A stretch of 63,369 nt of DNA, the filler included, from Rhabdomonas costata (Eukaryota), in NCBI GenBank assembly GCA_019059605.1. It is 56 parts of 56 records of this genome, joined end to end, with 100 filler letters (N's around TTAATTAATTAA, not from the genome) between each part and the next. Parts side by side here need not be neighbours in the genome. Positions count along the whole stretch, not along the records: positions 1 to 1,034 come from JAHMHO010032297.1; positions 1,135 to 2,158 come from JAHMHO010032298.1; positions 2,259 to 3,292 come from JAHMHO010032299.1; positions 3,393 to 4,426 come from JAHMHO010032300.1; positions 4,527 to 5,560 come from JAHMHO010032301.1; positions 5,661 to 6,694 come from JAHMHO010032302.1; positions 6,795 to 7,828 come from JAHMHO010032303.1; positions 7,929 to 8,962 come from JAHMHO010032304.1; 48 more parts are not named here. One strand, 5' to 3'. Position numbers and translations under genes: made by a program. Within the stretch, counting starts at the first letter, position 1, and each line of letters starts with the position of its first letter. The notes beneath the pieces are model-generated. The model saw nothing but the letters and a program-made list of their open reading frames with translations. It did not search any database and was not told the DNA's origin. Shown in pieces: positions 1 to 12,166 of the stretch.

Positions 1-1034
1 GTTGGTGGGGTTTCGGGTTCGGTCTTCTGGGTTCAACTTCGGGTTCGGGTTCGGTCTCTCGATTTCTAAGAGCGGGTTCATATTGGGGCTGGGGTTCGTT
101 GGCGGTCAATTGGATGGGCGGTTCTGAGGTCTCTAGCGCATCGAAAAGGATGGTGATGCTACATATGGTTCTTGGCGATTCTGGTGGTGAATTTCCATGT
201 ACAGGCCTTCCGATGGTGCTCTGGTTCTCTTTGTAGTGGCTCGGTCTCATCAACCATGCCCTCTCTCCACACAGGAAATATTGACTCGGGTTTCCTCTCC
301 GCTCACCACCAATCGTTGCATGTTCCGTTGTCGGTGCATGTTCTGTTTCCGTCTCTGTTGTTGTTGGGTCTAGGTCTTACATTCCTTGGGTAGGGGTTAC
401 GGTATCTTGCGCTATGACAAGGATGGTGATGCTACATTGGGATTTGCCCGGTGTTCATACTTGCATTTCCTGAGAGATGGGTGTGTCCGGTCAGCTTGGT
501 GCAGCGTTGGTATCATAGCGTCCCTTCCACGTTATGGTACAGCGTCAGACCAGGGCGAGGGCAGCTGGCTGGGGTGGAGTGCGTTCGTTGGTTGGGCTGG
601 GTAACCTACTGACTGGGTAACCGTGCCCGAACGTTGGACCACCCCACGATGACCACATGTTCATGCCAACCTCGCACTACCTGACCTTCTACTAGAAGTG
701 TACGGCCTGCGACGTCACCATGGGAAGGCGGATAGCGTAGATGCTGACACCACCGTCGTAGGAATGGCACGAAGCGCTGACCGAACCCTTGCTGATGTTG
801 GACTAACCCTCCTTCTTCAAGTGGCGCCATCACCCAACCTGAGTCAGTAGGCGCATCCTGTGGTGGCTATGTGTAGGGTACCAGCGGTTAGGGGTTGAAT
901 AATGCTCGGATTCACCCACCGAACCTTTTTGGACACCCACCGCCACCGGACCTTACGTAGCAACATGAACGTAGAGTCTGTTACCCTATAGTAGTGTTAT
1001 GCGTTCTGCCCTCACCTATCGAGCTTCCACCCAC

Positions 1035-1134
1035 NNNNNNNNNNNNNNNNNNNNNNNNNNNNNNNNNNNNNNNNNNNNTTAATTAATTAANNNNNNNNNN
1101 NNNNNNNNNNNNNNNNNNNNNNNNNNNNNNNNNN
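1035..1134. other. Artificial contig spacer N44-TTAATTAATTAA-N44 (first of 55 copies)
   Basis: The same 100-bp spacer, with stops in all six frames, recurs about every 1.13 kb to the end of the window. Flanking contigs are unrelated and nearly the same length. Confidence 0.99.
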
Positions 1135-1398
1135 TGGTTTTCAAAACTTCGAAGATGAGCAGAGGATTTGGGTCGGTGCCAGTGGCCTGTGTGGTTTGAT
1201 GACCATTTTCTCGAAGACACGTCCCTTCCATTTTGCCACCCTGCGTAGGTTCGGACCGCTAAAACCCAATTTCACTCGGAATTCTGAGATGCAACTTCTG
1301 CTGCTGCTAATTCTCCGATCAGGCAAACACTGCTGTGGGCACCTGTTCACATCAAACTGTGGTGCGCGCGCGCTGCCTTCTGCACCGCCCTTGCTCCC

Positions 1399-2057
1399 TC
1401 AGTAAGTGCAGCGACCGTTGCGCACGAGCTGGCGGACTAGGATGCAATATCCCGAGTTCGTCGCGTCCACCATGGACACCGTGGTGAGCGGGAGGTGCCG
1501 GTTGACCTCCAGCGTGGGCACGGCCTCTGGGAGCGCGCCCCAGTAGTAGTAGTCGTTGAACCGCGAACGCATCTGTTGGGGTGGTTGCAGTCGTGAGGTC
1601 AAACCCGCACCCAAAAGAATGGTGCGCTATCCCTCTGACTCTGATGTGGCGCAGTGAGGCCCATCGACAAGGCAGTGAGGAGCGTGAGCAAACGAATACC
1701 GGCCATCAAAGCCGCCCCACAACGGCTCTGCCTCCAAGGATGAAGAAGGAGCTGAGATTTCAGCACAACACGCATCAGTGTCCCAAAGGAACCTAGGACA
1801 AGAAAGACTTCCGCGCTCGTTCGCAACGTTTTGATGCCTCACATGACTCATTCTCTGCCACTGCGACAGTCACAGTTGAGCGCCTACCGCGCAGTTATCG
1901 TCGGCCTTCAGGGGCTGCGCCTCAGGCTCGCGGCCACCACAATGCGGTTCAGGATCATCTGCACCGTGTGCAGGCCCGTGCTCTTGATCCACACCGCAAT
2001 ACGGTACACCTCGAACTCGTTGCGCTCCAGCCACAGGTCAGTGTTACCCGCAATCAC
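1399..2057 (-). CDS. Last two exons of a protein of unknown function
   Basis: Exon 2057-1941 follows a cag acceptor (VIAGNTDLWLERNEFEVY...QMILNRI, donor gtggtg). It joins in phase 0 to exon 1572-1399 (MRSRFNDYYYWGALPE...GRCTY*). Codons are GC3-rich. Confidence 0.5.
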
Positions 2058-2478
2058 CTGCGAGGCCGGTAGCCATTACCACTGAACGGTCAAGACCAAC
2101 AGGGCTACCCTGATACTAAAGGGAGAACACCGAAAAACATTAAAGCAGCCCAAACAAANNNNNNNNNNNNNNNNNNNNNNNNNNNNNNNNNNNNNNNNNN
2201 NNTTAATTAATTAANNNNNNNNNNNNNNNNNNNNNNNNNNNNNNNNNNNNNNNNNNNNGGGTTTTTGGTATTGCAATAACTCAGCCGAGGCATCAGTTGT
2301 CATGGGATACAATATGAAAACACAGCACCCAGCGCATTTTTACCCGTGTCACTTTGCACCATAACGTGATATTTTATCGGTGCGATATGCATGCACATGT
2401 GCATGCATATAGATGTGCGTACGTGTCAAATGCAACCGGGGTGACCTTGGACGAACGCATGCAGTGCCTTTGCTTCAG

Positions 2479-3292
2479 GCTTGCGGGTGTTTGTGGAACT
2501 TGTGCCTGGGCAGCGAGGCCAGACTGGAGGCTGCCGGTGCAGGGGAGTTGCTGCCTGGGCTGATTCGCCCCCTGCTGGGGGTGCTGCGGGAATGCCCCAC
2601 AGGGGAGGACCCCGAGCTGTGGCGGCAGGCCAGTGGCTTTCTGGCCACAACCTGCGCCGAGGATGTCTGCGCGGAGCTCGTCGCCTCCACAGGTTGGCTC
2701 ATTTTGCTATGTCACACAGTGAGCGGGCAACAACTCTCACTTCTTGATACCGCGCGAAATTCCCGTGTTCCCATTGGGTCGGCAAGTCATCAAGTTGGGC
2801 GGAAAAGCGGTGACCTGTGCCCTTGTATCATTGTTGTGTGTGTGGACCGGGGACAAAAACCGGACGCACGCGACGCTTTGCTTCAATGTTGTCATGTGCA
2901 GGTTTTGTTTCAACTGAATCCATTCCGTTTTGCTCTTTGTTTCGGGTGAGACTAAGGAGCAACCACCACATAAATGAAGGGAAGACACCCTAACTACGCT
3001 GGGTCCCGCTGCCCTCTCCCCGCCAAGCGTAACCGAAATGCTAATTTATATTTCAAAGAAATCTTATCTCCTCAGAGAATGGCGTTGTGGTGCTGCTTCG
3101 GGGCTTCGCCGAGGCCCTCCCCAGCAAAACCCGCCAGGCTCGCCAGACCCTCGCGGCGATCGCACAGGTGTTGTGGTACACCGCGGCAGTGGGGACGGGG
3201 GCCCACTCTGCGGACGTTGTGCGCGCCGGCGCGCTTCCGTTGCTGCTGCAGGGCCTGCGAGACCACTGCGGCGAGGACGGGGCCCCCAACAA
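2479..3292 (+). CDS. Armadillo/HEAT-repeat protein, two internal exons
   Basis: Exons 2479-2692 and 3076-3292 join across a phase-1 GT-AG intron (...VAST-E-NGVVVLL...). ARM-like motifs ACGCLWNL and VVRAGALPLLLQGL. Confidence 0.6.
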
Positions 3293-3871
3293 NNNNNNNN
3301 NNNNNNNNNNNNNNNNNNNNNNNNNNNNNNNNNNNNTTAATTAATTAANNNNNNNNNNNNNNNNNNNNNNNNNNNNNNNNNNNNNNNNNNNNTTTTTGGT
3401 GGGCACTCCCGCGGAAATGCTGCCGCCGGGACTCCTGGTTGGTTTTTGTGGGGTTGGCTACTGAGGGAAGGGATCGGTCCCTTCGTTGTCAAGCTTCGCT
3501 CAAGGTGAAAGGACCAAATATGCATCTAATATTGTTGAGAAAAGTCCATACGAATTTGAAAATTTGAGTCTCTTCCGTTTTCATTTTTGCTTTGCTTCCG
3601 TTTTTGGCTTCAACATGTAAATCCTGCGAGCGGTGTTTACTGCTGTGAATCCGGTCCCTTGGGCTTGTATAGTGGACGGCGCCAAACCGGCTTTTGGAAA
3701 CGGGGGTTCCATCTCGGTCCGACGCCACCCACGTTCCACGTAAAACCATTCTCACTAGGCCTCCATTATGCGCAAAAGTATCCAAGCTGAAGCTCAAGGG
3801 TATTGCCTGCTAGTTTGCCACAGGGAAGGAGGGGGAATTCTGATCTGTTCGTGAGCCTACCTTCCCTGCAG

Positions 3872-4063
3872 CCTCACCAGACGTGCCCTCACTTCCAAAA
3901 TTCCAATCCGCATCCCCACCACCACCATCCTCCGCCTTCGCGGGCGGAGACCCCTTCGGGGGAGGGCAACGGTGCCCACGCGGAGGGTGCGCGGGCGTCC
4001 GGGCTGCCGTCCAACGGGCTCCCCTCGCGGAATGCGAGCTCCAGCCCTATGGACCTGGACTAA
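3872..4063 (+). CDS. Terminal exon, low-complexity Pro/His/Ser-rich, unknown protein
   Basis: ctgcag acceptor, GC-rich frame ending ...SSSPMDLD*, then a T-rich 3' region with a (CT)n tract near 4335-4358. Confidence 0.4.
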   Translation, partial: PHQTCPHFQNSNPHPHHHHPPPSRAETPSGEGNGAHAEGARASGLPSNGLPSRNASSSPMDLD

Positions 4064-4526
4064 TGGGAAAGGCCCTCTCCCTCCCCACTAATTTGGGGAG
4101 ATTTTTTTGTACGGGGTTGGATGGTTGGATGAAAAATGTATTTTGGATGGAAGAGTCGCTTCGTGCCGTTGTTCCTTGCTCTCACACGTTATGGTGCTTC
4201 AAACCCAACGCCTTTTCCCACCTTATTGTGTTTCCTAACGTTCCTGTCTTATTTCGGAATTTAACCGCCTTATTTTGGTGGTGAGTCTCTTTTTAAGCCC
4301 CTCACGTTCCGCTCCTTGCTTATCTTTTTCTTTTCTCTCTCTCTCTCTCTCTCTCTCCTGCTCAACCCAGAGTTCACCCCTTTCACCTCACTTACACACA
4401 CTCTCTCTCTCCTTATACCCAAACCCNNNNNNNNNNNNNNNNNNNNNNNNNNNNNNNNNNNNNNNNNNNNTTAATTAATTAANNNNNNNNNNNNNNNNNN
4501 NNNNNNNNNNNNNNNNNNNNNNNNNN

Positions 4527-5560
4527 GTCTATCTGTGGCATGGGGTACGAATCCGTGACAGTAATTGCATTTAGCGGTCTGTAGTCCACACACAGTCTCA
4601 ATTTACCGTTGGCTTTTGGCACGAACAGCACTCCAGCTCCGTAAGGAGAGGTTCCTGGCTCTATGAAACCGCGCTCCTGCAAACTCTTTAGCTGCTTCCT
4701 CAGCTCCTCATCATCAGCTGGGGACATACGATATAACCTTTGTGCCGAGACCTTGCTGTCCGGTTTCAAATCTATCCGATGATCTGTTCTTCTGGAGGGG
4801 GGAAGCCCTCCAGGAACTGAAGCGGGGAAAAGTCTTGCAAACTCCCGATTTAGCTTCTCAATCTCGGGCGTGGTGGGTAAAACCTCACAGGGATGGCCAC
4901 AGATGCTGTGGTCCACTTCCTTTATCAGCTTCTCCACCTCTTTCCTGGGCGAGTTCCGTAACTTGCGCTTTACCTTCCACTTCGGTTCCGACGCTCTGGC
5001 AATAGCGAGCTGATCTTGCTTGGTTGGCGTGACTTCTTCCGCCTCCACTAGCCCGATTTCGATCTCCACTGATACCACGGCCGATTTATCCACCATTGGC
5101 TGAAAAAGATCAGCTTTGGGTGCTCTACCCTCCCCTGCTGAGCTTTCCAGGGGGGCGCGTTCACCAAAGGAAACTGGGGCTGCTCGGGGGGCCTGTCGCT
5201 GGCCTGTCCGCTGCCTCGCTCCTCCTCCAACATGCCCGTAGTGGGACAAGTAATGCGGAAAGAATCTATAACTGGTAACGCCTGAATCTCATATATCCGT
5301 CCGCTTCTCCACACTTTAAGAAAACGGCGTTTCCAATCAATCTGGGGTTGTAGCCGAGTCAAGAACGGGTATCCCAGTACCACCGGGATGGCCGTCTTTA
5401 TCACTCTCAAGTATAGCTTTACAGGCATTGCAACCAACCTTCCCACGATCTTCACGAAATGAGTCACAGGGAGGCCTTCTCCATTGGCCACTCTCACTGT
5501 GAGCTTCTGCTGAAGCGGGTACAGCTGTAGCTTCAAACGTTGCACCACCTCTTCACTTAT
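4527..5560 (-). mobile_element. pol: Ty3/Gypsy LTR retrotransposon pol fragment (aspartic protease plus N-terminal reverse transcriptase), frameshifted
   Basis: Protease-like VRVANGE...VVLGYPFLTRLQPQIDWK in one frame. RT start GLPPSRRTDHRIDL...LYRMSP...SPYGAGVLFVPKANGKLRLCVDYRPLNAITVTDSYPMPQID in another frame. No introns. Confidence 0.93.
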
Positions 5561-6794
5561 NNNNNNNNNNNNNNNNNNNNNNNNNNNNNNNNNNNNNNNN
5601 NNNNTTAATTAATTAANNNNNNNNNNNNNNNNNNNNNNNNNNNNNNNNNNNNNNNNNNNNGGTTGGGGGGATTTTCGGTTCCCCAAGTCATTGTATGGGT
5701 CCCTTCGAGTTGGCACTTTGTGCTCTTGTGCCCTCGCCAAGCGCATAAAGCGTGTCTCTGTGTTTCTGTGTGTTTCTGTGTGCCATCGAAAGTGACAGCG
5801 TGACAGCGAATTTTTAATCTCTTGCTGATCGGGCGAGGTGGTTATGATTGTGGTTGTGGTTGTATTTGTGGGGTCGTAAATAGTGTGGTGGGTGTCTTTC
5901 GTGCCATTGGTATGAAAGTCTGCCGCGTCTTGGTTTGGCCACTTTCTCACCAGTGCCAAACCGAACCCAACCGCTGCCCTTTACCGGGTCGCTGAGTGGT
6001 CTGTTGAGAATTGCATGCCTTTTCTCTGGTGTCGTGTTGTTGTTGTTGTTGGTGGTGGTGTTTTGTCGCCCCCCCCCATTCCTATAGGTTGGGTCTGATG
6101 CAAAAAAATTTTTTTTGGGGGGGGGGGATGTTAAACGGTCTAACGACTGGTTAAATGGTAGGCTCGGCTGCCCGAAACCCATTCAGCTGTCAATTTTGGG
6201 TTGCATGACAAAGAAAACTCCCTCAGTCTACCCAGGCAACGTTCCCGCCTCAGCTGCCCGCTCCGGCGGCAGCGGCGCGCTGGCCTTCGCGTAGAACAAC
6301 TCAGTCCATTTTGTGTGCCGTCTCATGGGAACCGTTCATCGCCGTTCCCCGGGCAAATTCACCGAAGTCAGCCTGTAACACACCAGAAATTCCGAGGTAC
6401 CCCAATACAAAACGTCTTGTATTGTGGCTCACCGTTCAACACTACATTGCTGAGAGCCATCTGCAGAGCAGTTTTGGAGGGGGGGGGTAACGATTTACCG
6501 GTAACCGGTTTAGCATCGATTCCCAGGGCCTTCTGACCCCGCTTGCTCTGAGGCCGCCCACAAGAGGTGATGTCGGAAAAGCCTCACCAGGGGCCAAACA
6601 CAACTGCTGAGGGTGAACGCACCCGCGCCGTTTTGGGAGGCCTGATGTGTGGGTACAAAACTCTCGGGAGTTTGTCTTGCTTAAAAAACCACCCNNNNNN
6701 NNNNNNNNNNNNNNNNNNNNNNNNNNNNNNNNNNNNNNTTAATTAATTAANNNNNNNNNNNNNNNNNNNNNNNNNNNNNNNNNNNNNNNNNNNN

Positions 6795-7597
6795 GTTTTG
6801 TGGTCCATGTACTGCCGGATCAGCTCAATCGGGGGCTGCGCCCCGTACTGCTCGCGCTTGGGCATGTTGAAATCATCGACGAAGATCAGGAACTTCCGTC
6901 CCGAGGGAGGCCCGTACATTCCCTTGCGGCGACGGTCGAACTTTGAGAAAATCACGTCCTGAGAGCACAAACACAAAGAAGATCAATGGAAGCTGAAGTG
7001 AGGACCAAGCCAGAGTACAGGAAAGGCAATGGATATGACGCACTTCATAAGCACGCCGGTAAGCCTGCAAGGGTGCGGGGAAGCCTCTCTCACCAGGCTC
7101 ACAACCAGGCTCACATAGAGAATGCACAGCAGAGCAAAAGAGCGACATCACAAAAGGGGGCAGAAATGGTATAGCGAGGGTTTGAGTCAGTGCGGGTGTC
7201 AAAAGCAGCATGGATCGGCAGTGCTGTGCGGAGCTGCCAACCATCCAGAAATCAGCAGCACTGAAGCGGACCTACCCCTTCGTGGGTGAGTGGCTGAGAA
7301 GCCCCACACTCGCTCGTTTGAAGCGTTGCATCGGAAAAAGGAGCACACATGCCATAGCTTACGGAGAGTCGGCACTCCGAGGTTGCCAAATACAATGCCA
7401 GCGAAGCAAGAGCAGAACGCCAGGAACACCTGCTCTGTCCTTCCTTCCCTCCCTCCCACCACCATCCCCCGGACTCTCAGGGCATGGGGAGAGCAGGCCT
7501 GAGTCTGGTTGGCCGTGGACTGGGCGGAGAAGGTGAAGAAGATGGGCATGTAGGTCTCCTCCATTCCGTTCAGAAGCTTGTCAGTGATGATCAGGGT
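6795..7597 (-). CDS. Axonemal dynein heavy chain, AAA3 region, two exons
   Basis: Exon 7597-7499 [33 protein letters not shown] joins exon 6958-6795 [53 protein letters not shown]. These are hallmark axonemal dynein motifs. Confidence 0.95.
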
Positions 7598-9174
7598 CTG
7601 CGCAGAAACGAGAAAAGAGTACGTGTGCGCGCCCGTGTGTGAAGCTGAGCTTTGCAGCGTGAAGGTTCAGAAGTCCTGGATTCCAACCACCAGGCTCTCA
7701 ACGGGCTTTCTTCCCACTTTCAGAAGAACCATCTCGGACATTTTTATTGCAACAACAGTGTGTTCTGCTTTTTTTTTGCAGTGGCATAACGCGGAAAATT
7801 CCTGAAAGTTTGCCACTGCAAACAAAAANNNNNNNNNNNNNNNNNNNNNNNNNNNNNNNNNNNNNNNNNNNNTTAATTAATTAANNNNNNNNNNNNNNNN
7901 NNNNNNNNNNNNNNNNNNNNNNNNNNNNAGAAGTGCGAGCGGGGGGGCTACGGGTTCGCGGCTCTGGTCGGGGAAACGACGGGAAGCTGGGCTTCGGCAG
8001 CGACGAAAGTGCTGGACAAGCTCTTCTTGCCCTGCTTGGACTTTGTTTCTACACAACACACACACACCAAAGTAGTAGAAACTTCAGTTTTCAAAAAAAA
8101 AGTGTGGGTGTGCTTGTTGTCTCCCTGACCTTTGCCGAAGTAGGCAATGTTTTTTAGTTGTTTCTCGCTTCATCAGAAAATATAAAACAAAAAACAATTG
8201 AGAAATAATTTAAACAAAAAAATTTTCTTGTAAACACGCCTCTGAAGAGCGTTTGGGAAACCACAGCGGATTTCATCCCACTGCAACAGTAGGATAATCT
8301 GTCAGCTGTAATGTTTTGCCTTTGAGGCGTAGTGCACAATATTACTTATTACTGGAATTACGTTTGATAGTTTAAAAACACCAACGAAGCTTCAATTCAA
8401 AAGTTGTTTTTTTGAGTGCCAAGTGTCTCCGAGTTGAGGATGTTAGGGAGTCGGAGTTCTTGGTTGGGTATTCGGTCTTTGTATTCTGCATTCGGCATTT
8501 GGTCTTGGGGTCGGTATTCGGTGGTCTTGTATCGGGTATTCCTGCATCTCGGTCTGAGGGTAGAATGTGAGTCAATTGGGAGCGTAGCGACAGTGCAGGT
8601 AGGTTGAATCTGGGCGTGTGAGTTCTGAGGTCAGGGTTTAGAATTTGGGTTCGGTGTTTGGATTTTGGGTTCTGAGTTCGGCGTTGGATTTGTGGGGTTG
8701 GAGTTCTGAGTTCATGCATTCGTGTATTGGTATTCGTGTCTGCGAGTTGAGGGTTTGAAGAAGAGGAGTCGCGTTCTGTCTTCGGTTTTTGGTCTTCGGG
8801 TTCGCATTCGGCATTCGGTTTTCCGCGCATGGAGAAGGCGAAATAAGGTATGGCTAGGTGAACCTGTTCATGAGCAGAGGGCACTGGATACCTCGTTTAC
8901 GTACGAACCCAGCCGGAAGTATCACCGTGGTTTAGGGGGTGGAACGCCTATTCCAGTGACGTNNNNNNNNNNNNNNNNNNNNNNNNNNNNNNNNNNNNNN
9001 NNNNNNTTAATTAATTAANNNNNNNNNNNNNNNNNNNNNNNNNNNNNNNNNNNNNNNNNNNNGGGGGTTTGATGCCATTTATTGCTTTTCTGTTCTTCTT
9101 GGCGTCCTACAAGGCTGGTGCTCTTTTGGAAAGAAGCACTTCCCTTTTTTTTTTGCCTGTTCTCGGGGTCACAG

Positions 9175-9699
9175 GAAGTTGAAGAGTTGAAGAAGACTCT
9201 GGCGCAGCGCGACGAACAGGTTTTTATTGGAAACCTGGAGGCGCTCAGCGGCCTTTCTCCATGCCTGCCATCTGCCATGTGTGGCCTTGTGGGGTTATTA
9301 AGATTAGATATTACCTTCGGCCTAGCGTCATTCGTAATTATTCGTGATCAGTCGTGGTCGTTGTGGTGACTCGTGGTTAGTCGTGTTTATTCGTTTGTCA
9401 GTCAGTGTCAGTTGTGGTGAATCGTGGTCAGTCATTGTGCTGCAGCTGCTATGTGCGTCGTACGTGTTGTCTGTTGTCGTTTTCTTTTGGGTTGCGATGC
9501 TTTGTGCGGAGGAGTCACTGGGAACTCTGGAGCTAAATGTTTCCACATGTTATGTTGCTGTGGGGTTGCTGTGCCAACTGTGCGTGCGTAAGGCCCCCTC
9601 CGAGAAGATGTGGTGGTTTTTTTTGTTGCGTGTGCTCAGCTGCTGAAAGCCAAAAGCCGAAGCTCGGAAAAGGACCGGGATCAGCTCCAGGCCCTTCAG
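9175..9699 (+). CDS. Two short coiled-coil-like exons, unknown protein
   Basis: Exons 9175-9219 (EVEELKKTLAQRDEQ) and 9640-9699 (LLKAKSRSSEKDRDQLQALQ). Each is bounded by cag and gt, in phase 0. Confidence 0.5.
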
Positions 9700-11959
9700 G
9701 TAATTTCGTGTGTGATTATGTTCTTTGTCCTCCAGGTGCTTGAATTTGCTTTTTGGCATGCGGCATGCAACATGGGAATGAGACCGCTCCCGTGACTCCA
9801 CCTCTCCCTGCACTGGCTCCTCTCTCAGTGCGAGGCTGAAACCACCTGTTTCACGCGCGTGAACTGCAGGGGTGGTTCACGGGGGGGGGTCGAGTTTCAG
9901 CGTAACCCCCTCTCTAAATCCGTAGCTTCCCTCGCGGCTTGTGATCTCGACACCTAATCCCACCCCGACCAGCATTCTCAGCATTCTCAGGGTTATTGTG
10001 AGATTGTCAACAGGGGCAACACGGGTCCAAACGGCCAAACGGGGAGGGCCTGGAATCCCAGGCGGTGGTTGCACAGCCGCTTCAACCACCACCACCNNNN
10101 NNNNNNNNNNNNNNNNNNNNNNNNNNNNNNNNNNNNNNNNTTAATTAATTAANNNNNNNNNNNNNNNNNNNNNNNNNNNNNNNNNNNNNNNNNNNNTTTT
10201 GTGTGTCATGGCTCTTACTGAGTACATTGAAGGTTGAAGGACTCGGTTTTTGGCCCAAGGAAGACCATGAGGATCGCGACCAGACTTGTGACGCACGTAT
10301 ATCGCTGCTGGTGCCACGTGCTGTGTCACCAAGCATCCAGTCCCCGTAGGGGCAAAGTGAAAGGGCGGAGAGAGAGATGGTGGAGAGGAAGGGTGTGTGG
10401 ATACCTGGAGAAATGGACGGAGCCCACCCGCTCGGGCTCACCGAACTCCCCGGAGGACTCGTCCCCCCCAGCCGGCAGGCTGGACGTGGGCGACGCCGAA
10501 ACAGAGCTGGATACGCCCTGGGTCGTCATGGAAAGAAAGAGCTCACAAAGTGCGATAGGAACCAAGTGGTCCGCGAGTTCACACAAGCCCATCATAGACA
10601 CGAATGCACAAAACAACTATGGGCGGTTGGAGGCGCAGCCAGTGTCCCAAAGACATGAGTGCCTGTTTGCTTTGGCAGGCCACAACCCCGCCATATTCCA
10701 CTCAGGGCAAAGAGGTGCAGCCAGCAGCTGAGAAGCAAGCAATCCGTGCCACCAGGAGCATGCTCAGCCCGCCTATCTAGCTCAATTTACGTTGACCATG
10801 GCATGTAACGGGTCTTGGTTTGGGTGACTGGTTGCCTGCTCCCAGGGGTTAGCAAACACAGCAAAAATCAAAAATATGAGCTGAAAGTGATGGAAAATTC
10901 AGTTTTTCACGTGCCCTGATGATTGGTGAAGGGGACGATAGATGGGTGCTGAAAGACCCCCCCCCCCACACACAGAACGAGTGAAAGAGGAATTCGGCCA
11001 GAAAGAAGGATTCATCAGCACTTTCCGAGAAAGTCCCTGATGCAATCCAGAGGAGGGCCAGACAAGCTGTGGGGCAGCAATCCTGAGCAATCAACCACCA
11101 AAAACGAGCGATGCCCACCCTGCTGATGCAAATGAAAGGGTAGCGCGAGTGGTACTGGTTAATGCGGCTTGCGGGAGAAAAACGGGTTGGTTCCCTGGGT
11201 GCAGGGTGCTGTACGCAATGTTTCGCCAACNNNNNNNNNNNNNNNNNNNNNNNNNNNNNNNNNNNNNNNNNNNNTTAATTAATTAANNNNNNNNNNNNNN
11301 NNNNNNNNNNNNNNNNNNNNNNNNNNNNNNGCATCACTTCATCCCATTTGCGACAAAAGCTAGCTGAAAAATAAATTCTTATATAAGAAATCTGGGACTG
11401 CACTTCTATATTGGGAATGACAGCACAGACATAAAGACGAGCGGCGCCTTCCATGATAGGACGTGTGCCCCGTGTCCTTGCGGTCATTTTGTCAAATCCC
11501 AGAAGGTCTTGATAGTAATCTGCTCACCAAAAGTGCATTCATGGCAAATTGAGTCAAATGTCTTGCGCCAGCATTTCTGCGCAACAATCTGACAACACTC
11601 TGCACCAGAACTTCCCAGTGTTTTTTTGAAAACTATGAGCCGCAAGCAGAGGAAGAAGCAATAACTCTAATTGTGATAATGTTCCAGCAAAGGTCACCTT
11701 CCAGACAAAATTGATGTCATTGACTTGCTGTGTGTGGTATACTAGATACAAATTACTTAACACAGAGGGCTTACAGAGTCCACGTTAATGGATTAATCAG
11801 AGCGAGTGCACAGAGGCACATGTGTGGCACATGCACTTGTCATAGCCAAATTGCTTACTTTGTGGTGACACACGAACATTACATGCCGTACTCCTGGTAC
11901 TTTTAATCAGCATAAGCGCGCTATTGTACCCACATTTTGAAAGAAAAGTCAGAAAGGAA

Positions 11960-12166
11960 AGTGTACATCATAAAACTCTTTAAAAAAGTCTGCCAGAGGA
12001 GGTGATCTTTGACCACATCACTAGCATTAAGCCAGGTCTTGAGTCGGCCCCAGCACCCATCAAATCCATTGATATGTACGCTTCTATTCGACACCGCTGG
12101 GTACAGGACAAATATATTTTGAGAATCCTCCGTTGTGCTTGTTGGATGATGTAATCTGCAAAGCAT
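11960..12166 (-). mobile_element. Probable degenerate Merlin/IS1595 (ISXO2-like) DDE transposase C-terminal fragment
   Basis: SQNIFV...VHINGFDGCWGRLKTWL...VVKDHL, then KEF in a shifted frame. Resembles the NHS-FV...VHTNxIEGxWxxLK...GVxxxHLxxYLxEF signature. The contig is AT-rich. Confidence 0.5.

Noticed and set aside
1-1034. Possible gag-like remnant (PEPEVEP on the minus strand, duplicated AAGGATGGTGATGCTACAT)
   Set aside because: Frames are broken and no zinc knuckle or other diagnostic motif was found, so it is too weak to call.
8372-8884. 170-aa ORF over a GGTATTCG/GGGTTC-rich tract
   Set aside because: Low-complexity, strand-biased degenerate repeat sequence. The translation shows no family features.
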